A stretch of 64,000 bases of DNA, taken from the NCBI GenBank assembly GCA_964304625.1, contig OZ199840.1:10881224-10945223 (forward strand), in the 5' to 3' direction. Of the stretch, positions 63,462-64,000 are shown in pieces. A program made the position numbers and the translations under genes. The notes below the pieces were generated by a model. That model did not search any database. It had not been told where the DNA came from and was given only the letters and a program-made list of their open reading frames with translations. This DNA comes from Kudoa neothunni. Lineage: Eukaryota > Animalia > Cnidaria. Every line of letters begins with the position of its first letter. The stretch's first letter is position 1.

Positions 63462-64000
63462 CAGTGCAACTTCGGTCTTCGACCATAATCCGTTCTAGAC
63501 GTGTGTTCGAACTCTGAATCAATTTTTCCCAAGTAAAATAATGAAAGTTAATTTAATTCGTGCTACTCATCAAATAAATGACTATTTTTATTCTTATTCA
63601 TTAAAAAACAAGCATGCCTTGTGTTGATAAATATATAAAAAATAAACATTGAATTTAATAATGAAAATGAGATATACGATGTAACGCAAGCTCCGAATTG
63701 GGATTCGAATCTGCGTTATTGGCGTTAAAAAGCGGTGGGGCCATACCGCTCTCGATCGCGCTTATGATTGGTGGATTACAACTCTTGTAATCCACATGTT
63801 ACATGGGATAAAAATTTGTTGATCGTCATAAACTAAATTTTTAAGGTTTTATTTCGATGACGTTTGCATTATTTGATTGAGCTAATCTCCTTATAGAATT
63901 CCTTTTTATTTCGGTTTTTTGCTCCCACTTGAGTTGTTCTGAATACCCCTTCCTATGTATTCGAACTCAAGTGTTTTTGACTCAAAATTTTTGGTCAAAC
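63462..64000. mobile_element. pogo/Tigger-like MITE with tRNA-like segment (copy 2), in intron 2 of paralog 3; truncated by the window edge
   Basis: TA|CAGTGCAACTTCGGTCTTCGACCATAATCCGTTCTAGA.., colinear with 28884-29386. Confidence 0.82.

Overview
This is AT-rich nuclear DNA from an animal with a compact genome. Genes are split by many very short GT-AG introns (about 30-75 nt), and a few introns are kilobase-long and filled with transposons. The proteins are divergent, which suggests a reduced parasitic lineage such as a myxozoan; that is inference and the taxon cannot be fixed from this window. The ORF track is mostly exon fragments, so I built gene models by splicing by eye. Minus strand, 262-36613: ARL8, VPS8, a FOP/CEP43-FOR20-like LisH protein, a PRL/PTP4A phosphatase, TXNDC9 and PPP5C. 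Plus strand, from 36715: MRPS25, a GT31 beta-1,3-glycosyltransferase and three tandem paralogs of an unrecognised cysteine-module type I membrane protein. Intergenic and long-intron space holds decayed piggyBac, hAT, pogo/Tigger-like, Mutator and Merlin DNA transposons; none looks intact. The three main leads are (1) an apparent intronic H/ACA guide RNA in PPP5C whose two pockets match U2 snRNA and 18S rRNA, (2) a long spliced leader upstream of PRL with stop/start-overlapped uORFs, and (3) the tandem surface-protein family. All homology calls come from recalled family motifs; no searches were run.
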